This document shows, piece after piece, positions 25,162-34,488 of a stretch of DNA of 64,000 nt. Origin of the DNA: an uncultured Gammaproteobacteria bacterium. GTDB lineage: Bacteria > Patescibacteriota > Microgenomatia > UBA1406 > GWC2-37-13. A program made the position numbers and the translations under genes. Every line of letters starts with the position of its first letter. Within the stretch, counting starts at the first letter, position 1. Under the pieces are notes generated by a model. The model worked only from the letters and a program-made list of their open reading frames with translations, was not told the DNA's origin and searched no databases. The stretch spans positions 1,203 through 65,202 of the forward strand of contig CAZMIL010000003.1 in NCBI GenBank assembly GCA_964566425.1, read 5' to 3'.

Positions 25162-27033
25162 ATGGCGCAAAAAAAACCGACAAGTACTAGGAGTTTTTAT
25201 CTTCTACTTCTCACTGCACTTCTGGGATTGTTTCTATTTGTAACCTACTACGCTGTCCAACAAATCCAAGTTTATCGTTCCAGCGCGGCCTCGGGCTGTC
25301 AAAAAACTTGTCCTTCTCCTTCAAGAAAATGTTCAGGCGGAAATGTACAAGTTTGCAAGAATCCACCAGGACCAAATAATTGTATAACTTGGTCAACGGT
25401 CAGTTGTGGTGGAAAAGGTTGTTCAAATGGACAATGCAATTCCACTCCTGGCGGAGGCGGCGGAGGCGGAGGAGGCGGCAAACCTTCGCCAACACCTAGT
25501 TGTTTCACGGGGGGTAAACCTTGCACAGGTTCCGGCGCCAAATGTTGTTCAGGAGCTTGTTCAGCCAAAACTAAAACCTGCTTACCAGTAGCAGCGACCG
25601 GACCGGGGGGCTGCGCTCCAGCAGGAGCTATTTGTTCAGGAAGCGGTGCTCAATGTTGCTCCAAGACTTGTAATAGCGGAAAGTGTGCTGTTAAGCAAGC
25701 TTGTGTTCAAGATGGTAAAGCTTGTAGTACCGGTGGGATAGGTTGTTGTAATACTAGTAGTGTCTGTCGTAATAAAAATGCTAATGGTACAGGAATTTGC
25801 GCCGTTCAATGTAAGAGCAAAACAGATGCATCTTCGTGTGTCTCAACGACAGGTTGTCAGTGGAGCGCAAGCACCAATTCATGCAGTGCTTGTAAGGGGA
25901 CTACATGTCCGACAGTCGTTTGTGCGACAATACCCGATCAAACTACTTGTCAGTTATATCCAAGTTGTTCTTGGAATCCTACGACCAATACGTGTGGCAC
26001 TAATTGTTTAAGTGTCACCGATCCAGCCGCTTGTAGTAATACCGCGGGTTGTTCTTGGAATAGCACCACTAACAAATGTGGTGCTATTTGCGAGATGACA
26101 ACTGATCCTGCTCAATGTTTACAATCAGGGTGTTATTGGAGTGGACAATCTTGTTCAAGCACGCCTCCAGCCTGCGGGCAAATTTCCGATCAAGCTTCTT
26201 GTACTACTTCAAGCTACGGTTGTATCTGGGATAGTGCAAATGGCTGTCAGCCTAATTGTCCTTCATTCTTTGATCAAGCCTCTTGTACTTCTGGCGGTGG
26301 CGCAGGTTATTGTAGTTGGAATGGCACCTATTGTGTCCAGGGCTCCGGCGACGGAGGCGGCGGGGACGGCGGCGGAGGAGGCGGCGGTGGTAATCCAACT
26401 CCCACTGTTGGTCCGGGAACGCCCACCCCAACGCCTGGTGGCGGTGGAGGAGGTGGAGGAGGAAATGCTTCAGCCACGCTCAATCTTGCGCTTTCCTTCC
26501 AAGGGATTAATCAAGCCCCGGCTTCAGGAGAAAACAGTATGGATGTGAAAGTGACGCTTACCGGCGGTCCATCAAACCAAACTATTTCTTCCACCGGAAC
26601 CTTTACAGCCGATAGCAACGGTGAATGGACAGGATCGGTTTCCTTTAATAGCGTGGCAACAGGTGGAGGCTACAAAGTCTTAGTTAAAGGAGCAAAACAT
26701 ATCCAGAAGAAAGTTTGTGACGCAACACCTTCAGAGTCGGCCCTCGGTACTTATCGCTGCGGAGATGGCAACATCACTATTAACTCGGGTTCAAACAACT
26801 TTGACTTTTCCGGGATAAAGCTCTTAGTAGGTGACCTTCCACCTCAAGATGGAATAGTTGATTCTTACGACATCTCATTAGTCAGAAATAGTCTTTGTAC
26901 TACAGCCAACCCGAATATCTGCAAGGAATCTGCTACCCTATCTAAAGCCGATCTTAATCTTGATGGCATTGTTGATACACAAGATTATTCTCTCTTGATT
27001 TCATCATTGTCAGTCAAATACGATGAAAATTAA
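25162..27033 (+). CDS. Secreted Cys-rich modular protein with poly-Gly linkers and a C-terminal dockerin-like pair
   Basis: N-terminal TM/signal. At least 6 copies of a ~25-aa (T/S)D..(A/S)C....GC.W.....C...C module. C-terminus GDLPPQDGIVDSYDISLVRNSL ... ADLNLDGIVDTQDYSLLISSL, which are EF-hand-like dockerin repeats. Confidence 0.7.
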   Translation: MAQKKPTSTRSFYLLLLTALLGLFLFVTYYAVQQIQVYRSSAASGCQKTCPSPSRKCSGGNVQVCKNPPGPNNCITWSTVSCGGKGCSNGQCNSTPGGGGGGGGGGKPSPTPSCFTGGKPCTGSGAKCCSGACSAKTKTCLPVAATGPGGCAPAGAICSGSGAQCCSKTCNSGKCAVKQACVQDGKACSTGGIGCCNTSSVCRNKNANGTGICAVQCKSKTDASSCVSTTGCQWSASTNSCSACKGTTCPTVVCATIPDQTTCQLYPSCSWNPTTNTCGTNCLSVTDPAACSNTAGCSWNSTTNKCGAICEMTTDPAQCLQSGCYWSGQSCSSTPPACGQISDQASCTTSSYGCIWDSANGCQPNCPSFFDQASCTSGGGAGYCSWNGTYCVQGSGDGGGGDGGGGGGGGNPTPTVGPGTPTPTPGGGGGGGGGNASATLNLALSFQGINQAPASGENSMDVKVTLTGGPSNQTISSTGTFTADSNGEWTGSVSFNSVATGGGYKVLVKGAKHIQKKVCDATPSESALGTYRCGDGNITINSGSNNFDFSGIKLLVGDLPPQDGIVDSYDISLVRNSLCTTANPNICKESATLSKADLNLDGIVDTQDYSLLISSLSVKYDEN

Positions 27034-27056
27034 TTGCAAAAATTGAATGAATAAGG

Positions 27057-27740
27057 ATGAAAAAATATGGCAAATATTGGCTGCTACTGGGGATATTTTT
27101 TGCGCTCTTCTTTTTTAGTCCCAAAATAGTTGAAGCCGGTATACTGAAATTTGATACAACGACGGTCAACACAAACGTAGATAGTACCTTTGATGTACAG
27201 GTTGTTGTTGATGCCGCTTCGGATGAAATAAACTCAATTGACGCCTATATCAACTATAACAGTACTCTGCTGCAAGCCCAATCAGTTTCTGCAGGTTCAT
27301 ATTTCCCCTCAATTGCCCAGAATTTGACTACGGGGAGAGTCTATATCGCAGGTTATGTTGACGATCCGGCCACCAGTAAAACGGGTACGGGGACCGTAGC
27401 TACGATAACCTTTAAGGCTTTACAAGAGGGGACTGTTACCTTGAGCTATTTCTGTGATACTAGCGTCAACGAATCTTCCAAAATAATTAAAAACGACATC
27501 AATGCTACCAACGTTATTGACTGTAGCAGCAACGGAAGTACAACGGTGACCATAGCCGCTGCCGGAGGATCAGGCACTGGTACGCCTACACCTACGCCTA
27601 CTTCTACCAATGGGAGTGGAGGAACATCCGATGTGACAGTGACAGAGTTGCCGCGTGCTGGAACGCTGGATAATTTGATTTCAATTTCGGTTCCGGGCTT
27701 GGTTTTGCTTACGGTTGGAATTTTGTTTAAATTCTTGTAG
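27057..27740 (+). CDS. Cohesin-domain surface protein with a C-terminal hydrophobic anchor
   Basis: Signal peptide. FDVQVVVDAASDEINSIDAYINYNSTLL...GTGTVATITFKALQEGTVTLSY is cohesin-like. C-terminus LPRAGT plus TM. Confidence 0.65.
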   Translation: MKKYGKYWLLLGIFFALFFFSPKIVEAGILKFDTTTVNTNVDSTFDVQVVVDAASDEINSIDAYINYNSTLLQAQSVSAGSYFPSIAQNLTTGRVYIAGYVDDPATSKTGTGTVATITFKALQEGTVTLSYFCDTSVNESSKIIKNDINATNVIDCSSNGSTTVTIAAAGGSGTGTPTPTPTSTNGSGGTSDVTVTELPRAGTLDNLISISVPGLVLLTVGILFKFL

Positions 27741-27756
27741 AATAGCCTAAACTGAT

Positions 27757-28383
27757 ATGTTTCAGAACATGAGTAAGAAGAAAATGATCGCCATTGGCTT
27801 AGGGATCGTTTTAGGAATTGTAGTAATTATCCTCGGTTTTACACTTCTGCAGGGTGTGTTTACCCGTGCCAGCGATGTCCAGCCTCAAGATGTAATTATT
27901 TCCAGTGTGACCGAAAACTCGGCCCGCGTAACCTGGACAACCGACCAAGAAAGCTTAAGCAATATCGAATATGGTACCTCGCCGACAGCTTTGACTTTCA
28001 GCGCGCCAGAAACGCAAAAAACCAAAAATCACTCCGTCGATTTAACTTTACTTTCTAAAAATACTACCTACTACTTTGATATTGCTGTTGGAGATCAGAA
28101 GTTTGATAACGGAGGGATTCCTTGGACTTTTACTACAAAAAGCGGTGCAGACAGTGCGCAAGCAACAGCGGTGGATCTTACTCCCACAGCAAGCCCGACA
28201 GCAGTCCTTACCACTCCTACAGCTACTCCGACATCAACGTTGAGTACACCGACGCCAACAGTAGCCAATGGCAGTTGTAACTACACTAACTGTGAAGACA
28301 TGAAAGCGCAATTTGGCAAGGGTTGTACGACTCAAGACTACTTCAAATGTGTGCGCAAGCAAACACCCACACCTACACAATAG
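27757..28383 (+). CDS. Membrane-anchored FN3/PAP-N-like domain protein with a T/P linker and Cys-containing tail
   Basis: N-terminal TM; SVTENSARVTWTTDQESLSNIEYGTSP...TTYYFDI. Confidence 0.65.
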   Translation: MFQNMSKKKMIAIGLGIVLGIVVIILGFTLLQGVFTRASDVQPQDVIISSVTENSARVTWTTDQESLSNIEYGTSPTALTFSAPETQKTKNHSVDLTLLSKNTTYYFDIAVGDQKFDNGGIPWTFTTKSGADSAQATAVDLTPTASPTAVLTTPTATPTSTLSTPTPTVANGSCNYTNCEDMKAQFGKGCTTQDYFKCVRKQTPTPTQ

Positions 28384-28385
28384 TT

Positions 28386-29051
28386 TTAGATTACTCCTGA
28401 TGGGACAAGACCAACAGGCAGCAATAATTTGAGGATAAAATTGATGACGGGTCCTAAGATGAAAGATAACATACTGCTTCCCTGCGGCCCAAGAGGGAGA
28501 ATGAGGACGATAAGGAAAATCAATCCGTATCTTTGCAACTGATACCACTCGTGAGCCTTTGCATCGGAAAAAAGACCTCCAACTATTTTGAAACCGTCCA
28601 GCGGCTCGACAGGGATAAAATTAAAAACACCCAAGAGGACATTAAGAAAGATTATTGGGACAAAGATTACAGAACCTATAGTTAAAAGAAACGAGAGATT
28701 AAAAAAAATGAACAATCTTAGAATTATAGAAAGTCCTAAAGCTACAATAAAATTTGACCCCGGGCCGGCTAAAGAGATCAAGGCAGCATCTTTTCTCGGC
28801 TCTTTTAAATTAAAAGGGTCAAACATCACCGGTTTGCCCCAACCAAAGCCGACCAGAAAAAGTAGAAGAGTCCCAATTGGATCCAAATGTGCCAGTGGAT
28901 TGAGAGTTAGCCTGCCCTGAAGCCTTGGAGTCGGGTCTCCCAAATAGTCGGCAACCTTAGCATGTGAATATTCATGAATAGTTATCGCAATCAGAAGGGC
29001 TAAAACATAAAGCAAAAAAGCCAAGGGACTAGAACTTAAGAGTGAAAACAT
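28386..29051 (-). CDS. Site-2 protease (peptidase M50) family membrane protein
   Basis: HEYSHAKVADYLGDPT...GRLTLNPLAHLDPIGT. Confidence 0.85.
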   Translation of the reverse strand: MFSLLSSSPLAFLLYVLALLIAITIHEYSHAKVADYLGDPTPRLQGRLTLNPLAHLDPIGTLLLFLVGFGWGKPVMFDPFNLKEPRKDAALISLAGPGSNFIVALGLSIILRLFIFFNLSFLLTIGSVIFVPIIFLNVLLGVFNFIPVEPLDGFKIVGGLFSDAKAHEWYQLQRYGLIFLIVLILPLGPQGSSMLSFILGPVINFILKLLLPVGLVPSGVI

Positions 29052-29112
29052 AGATTGAGCTTTAATTTTTGCTCTCTATATGCTATCATACTTGGATAAA
29101 TTTGCCAAGACT

Positions 29113-29400
29113 ATGAAATGTTATCACTGTGGCAAGACAATTCTTTTCGGGCGCTCACATACGCATCATCGTGGCGTAGCTGGTGGACGATGGAAAAAAA
29201 GAGCGCCAAAGACACAGCGCGTCTTTAAGCCCAATCTACAAGTATTCAGTATCTTTGAGGATGGCAAAGTCAAAAGAGTTAGATTATGCACGAAGTGTCT
29301 TAAGCGGATAAAAAAAGATCTTAAAGATGGAAAGAAACCGTTCTTGCAAGTGCTTAAATTTCAACCTTTAATTGCTGTTAAGACTGCGAAAACTGCTTAA
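29113..29400 (+). CDS. rpmB: Ribosomal protein L28 with a C-terminal extension
   Basis: MKCYHCGKTILFGRSHTHHR...RVFKPNLQ. The start is moved to ATG 29113. Confidence 0.65.
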   Translation: MKCYHCGKTILFGRSHTHHRGVAGGRWKKRAPKTQRVFKPNLQVFSIFEDGKVKRVRLCTKCLKRIKKDLKDGKKPFLQVLKFQPLIAVKTAKTA

Positions 29401-29957
29401 TATTCGACTTTTTTCAGTTTGCCGTCGGTCTGTTCTTCGTAGATCGAATTGCCTTGCTCGAGAGCTCGCTGAGTAAACAGAATACCATTGAGATGGTCAA
29501 TTTCGTGCTGGATAATGATGGCTTTAAAGCCTGTAAGAGAAGCGGTTTTTTCTTCACCCTCAAGATTAAGATAGTTTATTTTGACCATTTTTTGCCGTTT
29601 AATAGGAGCCCAAATACGGGGAATAGACAAACACCCTTCCAACTTCGAATTTTTTGGTTTTTTGACCACGTCGCCGGCCACTTCACCAACAGTTTCTTGT
29701 TGTCTAATCTGTGATTTGGAAATGATTTTAGGATTGATAAAAACTTCAGTTTTAGCTTTGGGCGAAGGTTTAATAATGAAAAAGCGTAAGTTTATGCCGA
29801 CTTGCGGAGCGGCCAGGCCGACTCCCGGCGGATCATCTTGAACGATTAACAATTTCTCCATATCTTGAACCGATTTCTTTAGGCGCCGATCAATTCTAAT
29901 CACGGGTTTGGCAGGTTCGGAAAGGACTTTATCTGGTACATTCAGAATCTTTAGCAT
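29397..29957 (-). CDS. def: Peptide deformylase
   Basis: GVGLAAPQVG, EGCLSIP and HEIDHLNG motifs. Confidence 0.9.
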   Translation of the reverse strand: MLKILNVPDKVLSEPAKPVIRIDRRLKKSVQDMEKLLIVQDDPPGVGLAAPQVGINLRFFIIKPSPKAKTEVFINPKIISKSQIRQQETVGEVAGDVVKKPKNSKLEGCLSIPRIWAPIKRQKMVKINYLNLEGEEKTASLTGFKAIIIQHEIDHLNGILFTQRALEQGNSIYEEQTDGKLKKVEY

Positions 29958-29986
29958 CCATAGATATTATATAATAAAGTACTAAG

Positions 29987-30745
29987 ATGAAGCTATCGCT
30001 GTGTATTGCTACATTTAACGAGGAGAAATTTATTCACTATCCATTCGATTCTACTTATTCTTGGGTTGATGAAGTGGTGATCGTTGATGGGGGATCTAAA
30101 GATAAAACGGTAGAGAGAGCCTATTCTTATGGCGATAAAGTCAGAATTATTAAAACTACCAATCCGCCGATGTTTCACCTCAACAAACAAAAAGCGATAG
30201 AGGCGGCAAAAGGGGAGTGGATTCTGCAATTGGATGCGGACGAGTACGTCAGCAACGAATTAAAAAGGGAAATTTTGAAAACAATCAAGGGAAAAACAAA
30301 ATTTGCTGCTTATTGGCTATCGCGTAAGAACTATTTTTTGGGTCGTTTTTTGATTAAGGGAGGAGTTTATCCCGACCGAACAATCCGTCTATACAAGAAT
30401 GGCGTGGCACACTTTCCTTGTAAAAGCGTCCATGAGAATGTCGAAATAAACGGCAAAGTCGGTTATCTCACCAGCGATCTTTTGCATTACGCAGACCCAG
30501 AATTTTCCCGTTATCTGAAAAGATGGAAAAGATACAACCTGTTGGATGCTAGATTGTTAGTAGAAAAAGATAAGAAGCCCGGTTTTTTCAGTTATTTTTT
30601 CGGTAAACCGCTGTGGACATTTGTCATGATGTATGGGCGGCACAAAGGGTTTATGGACGGCTGGCAAGGTCTGATTTTTGCCTTTTTTTCCTCAATCAGA
30701 TATGGCGCAATCTATTTGGAATACCAAAAGCTGAAGGAACAGTAA
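29987..30745 (+). CDS. Family 2 glycosyltransferase
   Basis: SLCIATFNEE...VVIVDGGSKDKT...LQLDADE. Confidence 0.85.
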   Translation: MKLSLCIATFNEEKFIHYPFDSTYSWVDEVVIVDGGSKDKTVERAYSYGDKVRIIKTTNPPMFHLNKQKAIEAAKGEWILQLDADEYVSNELKREILKTIKGKTKFAAYWLSRKNYFLGRFLIKGGVYPDRTIRLYKNGVAHFPCKSVHENVEINGKVGYLTSDLLHYADPEFSRYLKRWKRYNLLDARLLVEKDKKPGFFSYFFGKPLWTFVMMYGRHKGFMDGWQGLIFAFFSSIRYGAIYLEYQKLKEQ

Positions 30746-30754
30746 TAATTGCCG

Positions 30755-31801
30755 TTAGGCATTAATTTTGAAGTCAACGACATCCCCTTCTTGGATGATA
30801 TAATCTCGGCCAACTGTTTGGATAAGGCCTTTTTCTCTAGCGCCAATCCAACCATTTGCTTTGACAAAATTATCATAACTGACGATTTCAGCTTTGATGA
30901 ACTTCTTAGCAAAATCCGAGTGAATTACTCCGGCCGCTTGTGGAGCAGGAGTTCCTTTGACGATCGTCCAGGCCCGAGCCTCAATTTCGCCTGCAGTCAA
31001 AAAAGAAATCAGATTTAAAGCTTCATATGCTTTTTTGATGAGTTCATCTAGCGACTCCTCCAAGAGGGGATTAAACAAGAGGAACGGACTGGTGTCATTC
31101 CGACTCTCACCGTTATTCTGAACTTGTTTCAGAATTTGATTAACCGTTTCCTCCGTCTTTTCTTTCTCCTCCAGTTGTTCCAACGAGCAGTTAAAGCAGA
31201 AAATCACCGGTTTGGCCGTCAACAAGTTCAGATGTTTAATCAATTCCAACTGCTCTCCGGGCAGTTTTTGATTACGAACAGGAATTCCTTTATCTAAATT
31301 TCCCCTAACGTTTTTTACGATATTAAATATTGCGATTTCATCTTTTGAAGCGTTACCTTTGGGTTCTTTCTGTTTGTCCAACGTTTGTAAATCGGCCAGC
31401 ATCAGTTCTTCCTCAATGATTTTAATGTCAACTGTCGGCTCAATTGCTTGCTGAGTATTGATAACTTTCTTATCCTCGAACAGACGAATAACATGAACGA
31501 TTGTTGAAACTTCGCGAATATGCGAGAGAAACTTATTCCCCAGTCCTTCGCCAACTGCAGCTCCTTTAACCAGACCTGCGATGTCATAAAACTCGACCAC
31601 CGCCGGCACAATTTTGTTCGTATGAACGATTTTAGCTAACACAGGAAGTCGCTCATCCGGAACCTCAACGACTCCGACGTTTGGATCGATGGTCGCAAAG
31701 GGATAATTAGCAACTAGCGCCGTTTGTTTTTTCAGTAAGGCGTTAAAAAGAGTAGATTTACCGACATTCGGCAGCCCCACAATTCCGCAACTTAATTTCA
31801 T
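30755..31801 (-). CDS. ychF: Ribosome-binding ATPase YchF
   Basis: GIVGLPNVGKSTLFNAL, DIAGLVKGA and a C-terminal TGS-like ...RAWTIVKGTPAPQAAGVIHSDF. Confidence 0.9.
   Translation of the reverse strand: MKLSCGIVGLPNVGKSTLFNALLKKQTALVANYPFATIDPNVGVVEVPDERLPVLAKIVHTNKIVPAVVEFYDIAGLVKGAAVGEGLGNKFLSHIREVSTIVHVIRLFEDKKVINTQQAIEPTVDIKIIEEELMLADLQTLDKQKEPKGNASKDEIAIFNIVKNVRGNLDKGIPVRNQKLPGEQLELIKHLNLLTAKPVIFCFNCSLEQLEEKEKTEETVNQILKQVQNNGESRNDTSPFLLFNPLLEESLDELIKKAYEALNLISFLTAGEIEARAWTIVKGTPAPQAAGVIHSDFAKKFIKAEIVSYDNFVKANGWIGAREKGLIQTVGRDYIIQEGDVVDFKINA
31094..31135. repeat. GTCATTCCGA-anchored palindromic module inside ychF
   Basis: gtcattccgactctcaccgtt followed by an 8-bp perfect hairpin attctgaa-cttgt-ttcagaat (31115-31135). 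The 15-mer ctgaacttgtttcag is identical to 48246-48260. Confidence 0.6.
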
Positions 31802-31918
31802 ATTGTCCTAAGGCTCTAAATTAAAATAGCTAACGGTTCACAATCCCAACTTTGGGCCTGAGGAGAATTATACAGTTTCTGACTTGAAATTATCTAGATT
31901 ATCAGACATACTCATATT

Positions 31919-32212
31919 ATGGATAAAATAACAATTTTAGCCAAAAAAATTGAAATAGATTTTTTAAAAGCAATCTCCGAACTACTTTCAAATGGGGAGA
32001 TAACTCTTCAAACAGCAAAACAATCTGGAAAGGATTTTTTAGCTCTCCTCCCATTTTCATCCGAAGAGGATATGCAAAGCAAGATTAAAACATTTGTTGA
32101 AGATTATCCTAAGCTGGAAAAAGTAAATGCTATTTTACTTACCTATATTGATGAAGGGAAGACAAATGAATTGCTAGAAAAAATAAGGGTATATATTCAT
32201 AAAACAGAATAA
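31919..32212 (+). CDS. Hypothetical small protein
   Basis: 97-aa ORF. Confidence 0.5.
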   Translation: MDKITILAKKIEIDFLKAISELLSNGEITLQTAKQSGKDFLALLPFSSEEDMQSKIKTFVEDYPKLEKVNAILLTYIDEGKTNELLEKIRVYIHKTE

Positions 32213-32214
32213 TT

Positions 32215-33186
32215 ATGGATCCAATATCTTCGGCTATTGAAGTCGCTGGAACAGCCGCAGGAGTCGCTGAGGCGGCTGGGACTGTTGCAGCGGCTGCTAC
32301 AGAAGCTGCACAAGTAGCGGGCGAGGCCGCGAAAACAGTGGAGGTTGTTGGAAAAATCACTCAAGGCGTTAGTGAAGCATCAAAGGTTGCTGAAGCTTTC
32401 CCAAACCCTGTTGCGGCAGAAGAGATTTCAAAAATGGCTTCAGGAGCTGCAGAATCTACGGATGTCCTAGCTGGCAGAAAAGCCATAGAGGATTTAACTC
32501 AATTATCAGACAATCTAGGAATACCTAAAGAAATTCCAGTAGACGTATTGACAGAGCAATCCGTTAAATTTACTCAAGCTCAAGAGGCAACAACTCATAT
32601 TAAAACAGAATCGGCCTTGCAACGATGGGATCAAGAAAATCCAAAGCCTGATCCCAAAACAAACCCTGAAGGCTATAAAAAATGGTGTGAGGATAGGGAA
32701 GTTGCGGAGATAGACTATATAACAGAAGCAAAGACAGAATTAGCGATGAAAGATTGGGAAAATAAAAATCCAGAGCCTGATAAAACTAAAGAGCCCGAAA
32801 AACACAAAGAATGGATGGATAAGAGATCAAAACTGGAGAATTCATTAAAAGAGAGAATAAGGAAAGAGACTCAAAATCTAAAAGCTAATGAAAAAGCTGC
32901 GGTTATCACAGAAATAAATAGATTAAGAGAACTTTACTCTGTGCGGATTGACATCGTCGAGGCGATAAAAGCACTTAAAAGAAAAGAATCACCATCAGAC
33001 GAAGATAAAATAACTTTAGGAAAACTCCAAGATCGCAAATCTTCTATCGACAGTGAAATAAATAATATCGAAACAGATTTAAAGTTAAAACAGTCTATTG
33101 CTGGGCCGCTAGTAGCTTTAATAATAGCGACTGCACTTATAAGTATGCAGGTTTATAAGATAGGTCAGCAAGAAGGAGCTTTATAA
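32215..33186 (+). CDS. Hypothetical Ala-rich/coiled-coil protein with a C-terminal TM
   Basis: 323 aa. Internal repeat W(D/E)xxNP(K/E)PD...PE..K.W occurs twice. C-terminal TM IAGPLVALIIATALISM. Confidence 0.55.
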   Translation: MDPISSAIEVAGTAAGVAEAAGTVAAAATEAAQVAGEAAKTVEVVGKITQGVSEASKVAEAFPNPVAAEEISKMASGAAESTDVLAGRKAIEDLTQLSDNLGIPKEIPVDVLTEQSVKFTQAQEATTHIKTESALQRWDQENPKPDPKTNPEGYKKWCEDREVAEIDYITEAKTELAMKDWENKNPEPDKTKEPEKHKEWMDKRSKLENSLKERIRKETQNLKANEKAAVITEINRLRELYSVRIDIVEAIKALKRKESPSDEDKITLGKLQDRKSSIDSEINNIETDLKLKQSIAGPLVALIIATALISMQVYKIGQQEGAL

Positions 33187-33455
33187 TAGTTTCACACGAA
33201 TAATCTTGCTTATTTCATCTCTCTTCAAGATCACTCTCGCGCACCACGACTTAGGCAGATTGAAGGAGATTTCAAAAGACAAGTAGCCTTCATATCTTCC
33301 CATAATAAAAGAACGTTTTAGAAATTAAGCACTTTTTCTTTAAATATTTAAAAAGTTTTCCTTGATTAATATAACCAACCTTCAGTTCTTGCACTAAAGA
33401 TTATATTTGGAGCGTCAATAAAAGCGTAAGTTTTCATAGACAGCAATTATAGCAG

Positions 33456-34481
33456 CTATTTATTTCCAAACAGATCAATGAACCGATCCCACAAGTTTAG
33501 AGTAAAGCGGTCGACCTGCTCCAATATATTCGCAAGAAAAGAGAATAAATTAAACCGTTGGCTTTGTTTAATTTCCTGAGCAGTGCTGGTATGAGCGCCC
33601 AAGACGCTGCCTTGATCATAAAAATTCAGCTGCCCGCTGGACGTGCTCGCTCCCAGAACATTTGTTTGCGAGAAAAGCTTCGATTGTTGTTGCTCTTCTT
33701 CACTGGTGACTTTTTCCGGCAAAATGAGATAAGAAGCAGAAGGGAGATCTTTTAGGACATTGTTTCCTCTACTGTCATTAACTAAAACCAGACTTGAAGG
33801 TAAAAACTGGATTGTTACCAGACCGGCGCTTTTACCTTTGAAATAGATTGTTCCGAAAGTCCCGTTTTGTCCGAGATAGCCAGGATTGGGGAGACCGCCA
33901 GTAAGCCTTGCCCAGCCGCCCTGATTGTTGATTTCTTTTTGAATAAAGACATTGGCAAAAGAGCCATCGGTAGAAATATTGACAACCTCGAGCTTATTGG
34001 GGTCAAAACCTACATCTGCCTGCACAGCATTGATTGCATTTTGAAGATTGTTGATATCTATTTTCATTGGGAAAACCTCTCCAATCCGGTATTGACCCTT
34101 GGCGGGGATAATGAAGGAAGCAGTCTTAGCGGTGGGTGGGAAACCAAGTTTGAAGAGAATCCGGCTTTCACCATAGACAACTCCGAATGAAACGAAAGCG
34201 AAAAGCAAGATAAGCGCGCCATTCAAAACAGCAGACTTAAAATTTACCGGAGAAAGTCCCTGTTTTTTGATGACTTGTCTTCTACAGAATGGACAAAATG
34301 CTCCCTCACGGAGGGCATTACAGAACAAACAGGGTGTTTTTTTCGGAGCGATCAGCCACCAAAGTGGATAGGCAAAAGCCAAAAAGACTCCAAAGACTGC
34401 CATGAGATGGATTAAAATCCATGATAAAATTATCCACCCAATAATTAAAAATAGTATCTTTAGGTCAAAAGTCGTATCCAT
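33456..34481 (-). CDS. Membrane protein with a zinc-ribbon loop and an extracytoplasmic cohesin-like domain
   Basis: 341 aa with TMs, CLFCN...CPFCRRQ and FPMKIDINNLQNAINAVQADVGFDPNKLEVVNIS...GTFGTIYFKGKSAGLVTIQF. Confidence 0.6.
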   Translation of the reverse strand: MDTTFDLKILFLIIGWIILSWILIHLMAVFGVFLAFAYPLWWLIAPKKTPCLFCNALREGAFCPFCRRQVIKKQGLSPVNFKSAVLNGALILLFAFVSFGVVYGESRILFKLGFPPTAKTASFIIPAKGQYRIGEVFPMKIDINNLQNAINAVQADVGFDPNKLEVVNISTDGSFANVFIQKEINNQGGWARLTGGLPNPGYLGQNGTFGTIYFKGKSAGLVTIQFLPSSLVLVNDSRGNNVLKDLPSASYLILPEKVTSEEEQQQSKLFSQTNVLGASTSSGQLNFYDQGSVLGAHTSTAQEIKQSQRFNLFSFLANILEQVDRFTLNLWDRFIDLFGNK

Positions 34482-34488
34482 CGTTTAT

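Noticed and set aside
25449-26465. GGC/GGA-rich tracts encoding poly-Gly as phase-variable simple-sequence repeats
   Set aside because: The tracts are imperfect mixtures of GGC, GGA and GGT codons in multiples of three. Slippage would change linker length, not the frame.
25299-26548. Alternative-frame and antisense ORFs inside the Cys/Gly-rich dockerin gene
   Set aside because: They are low-complexity artefacts. The main frame has a signal peptide, repeat structure and a dockerin.
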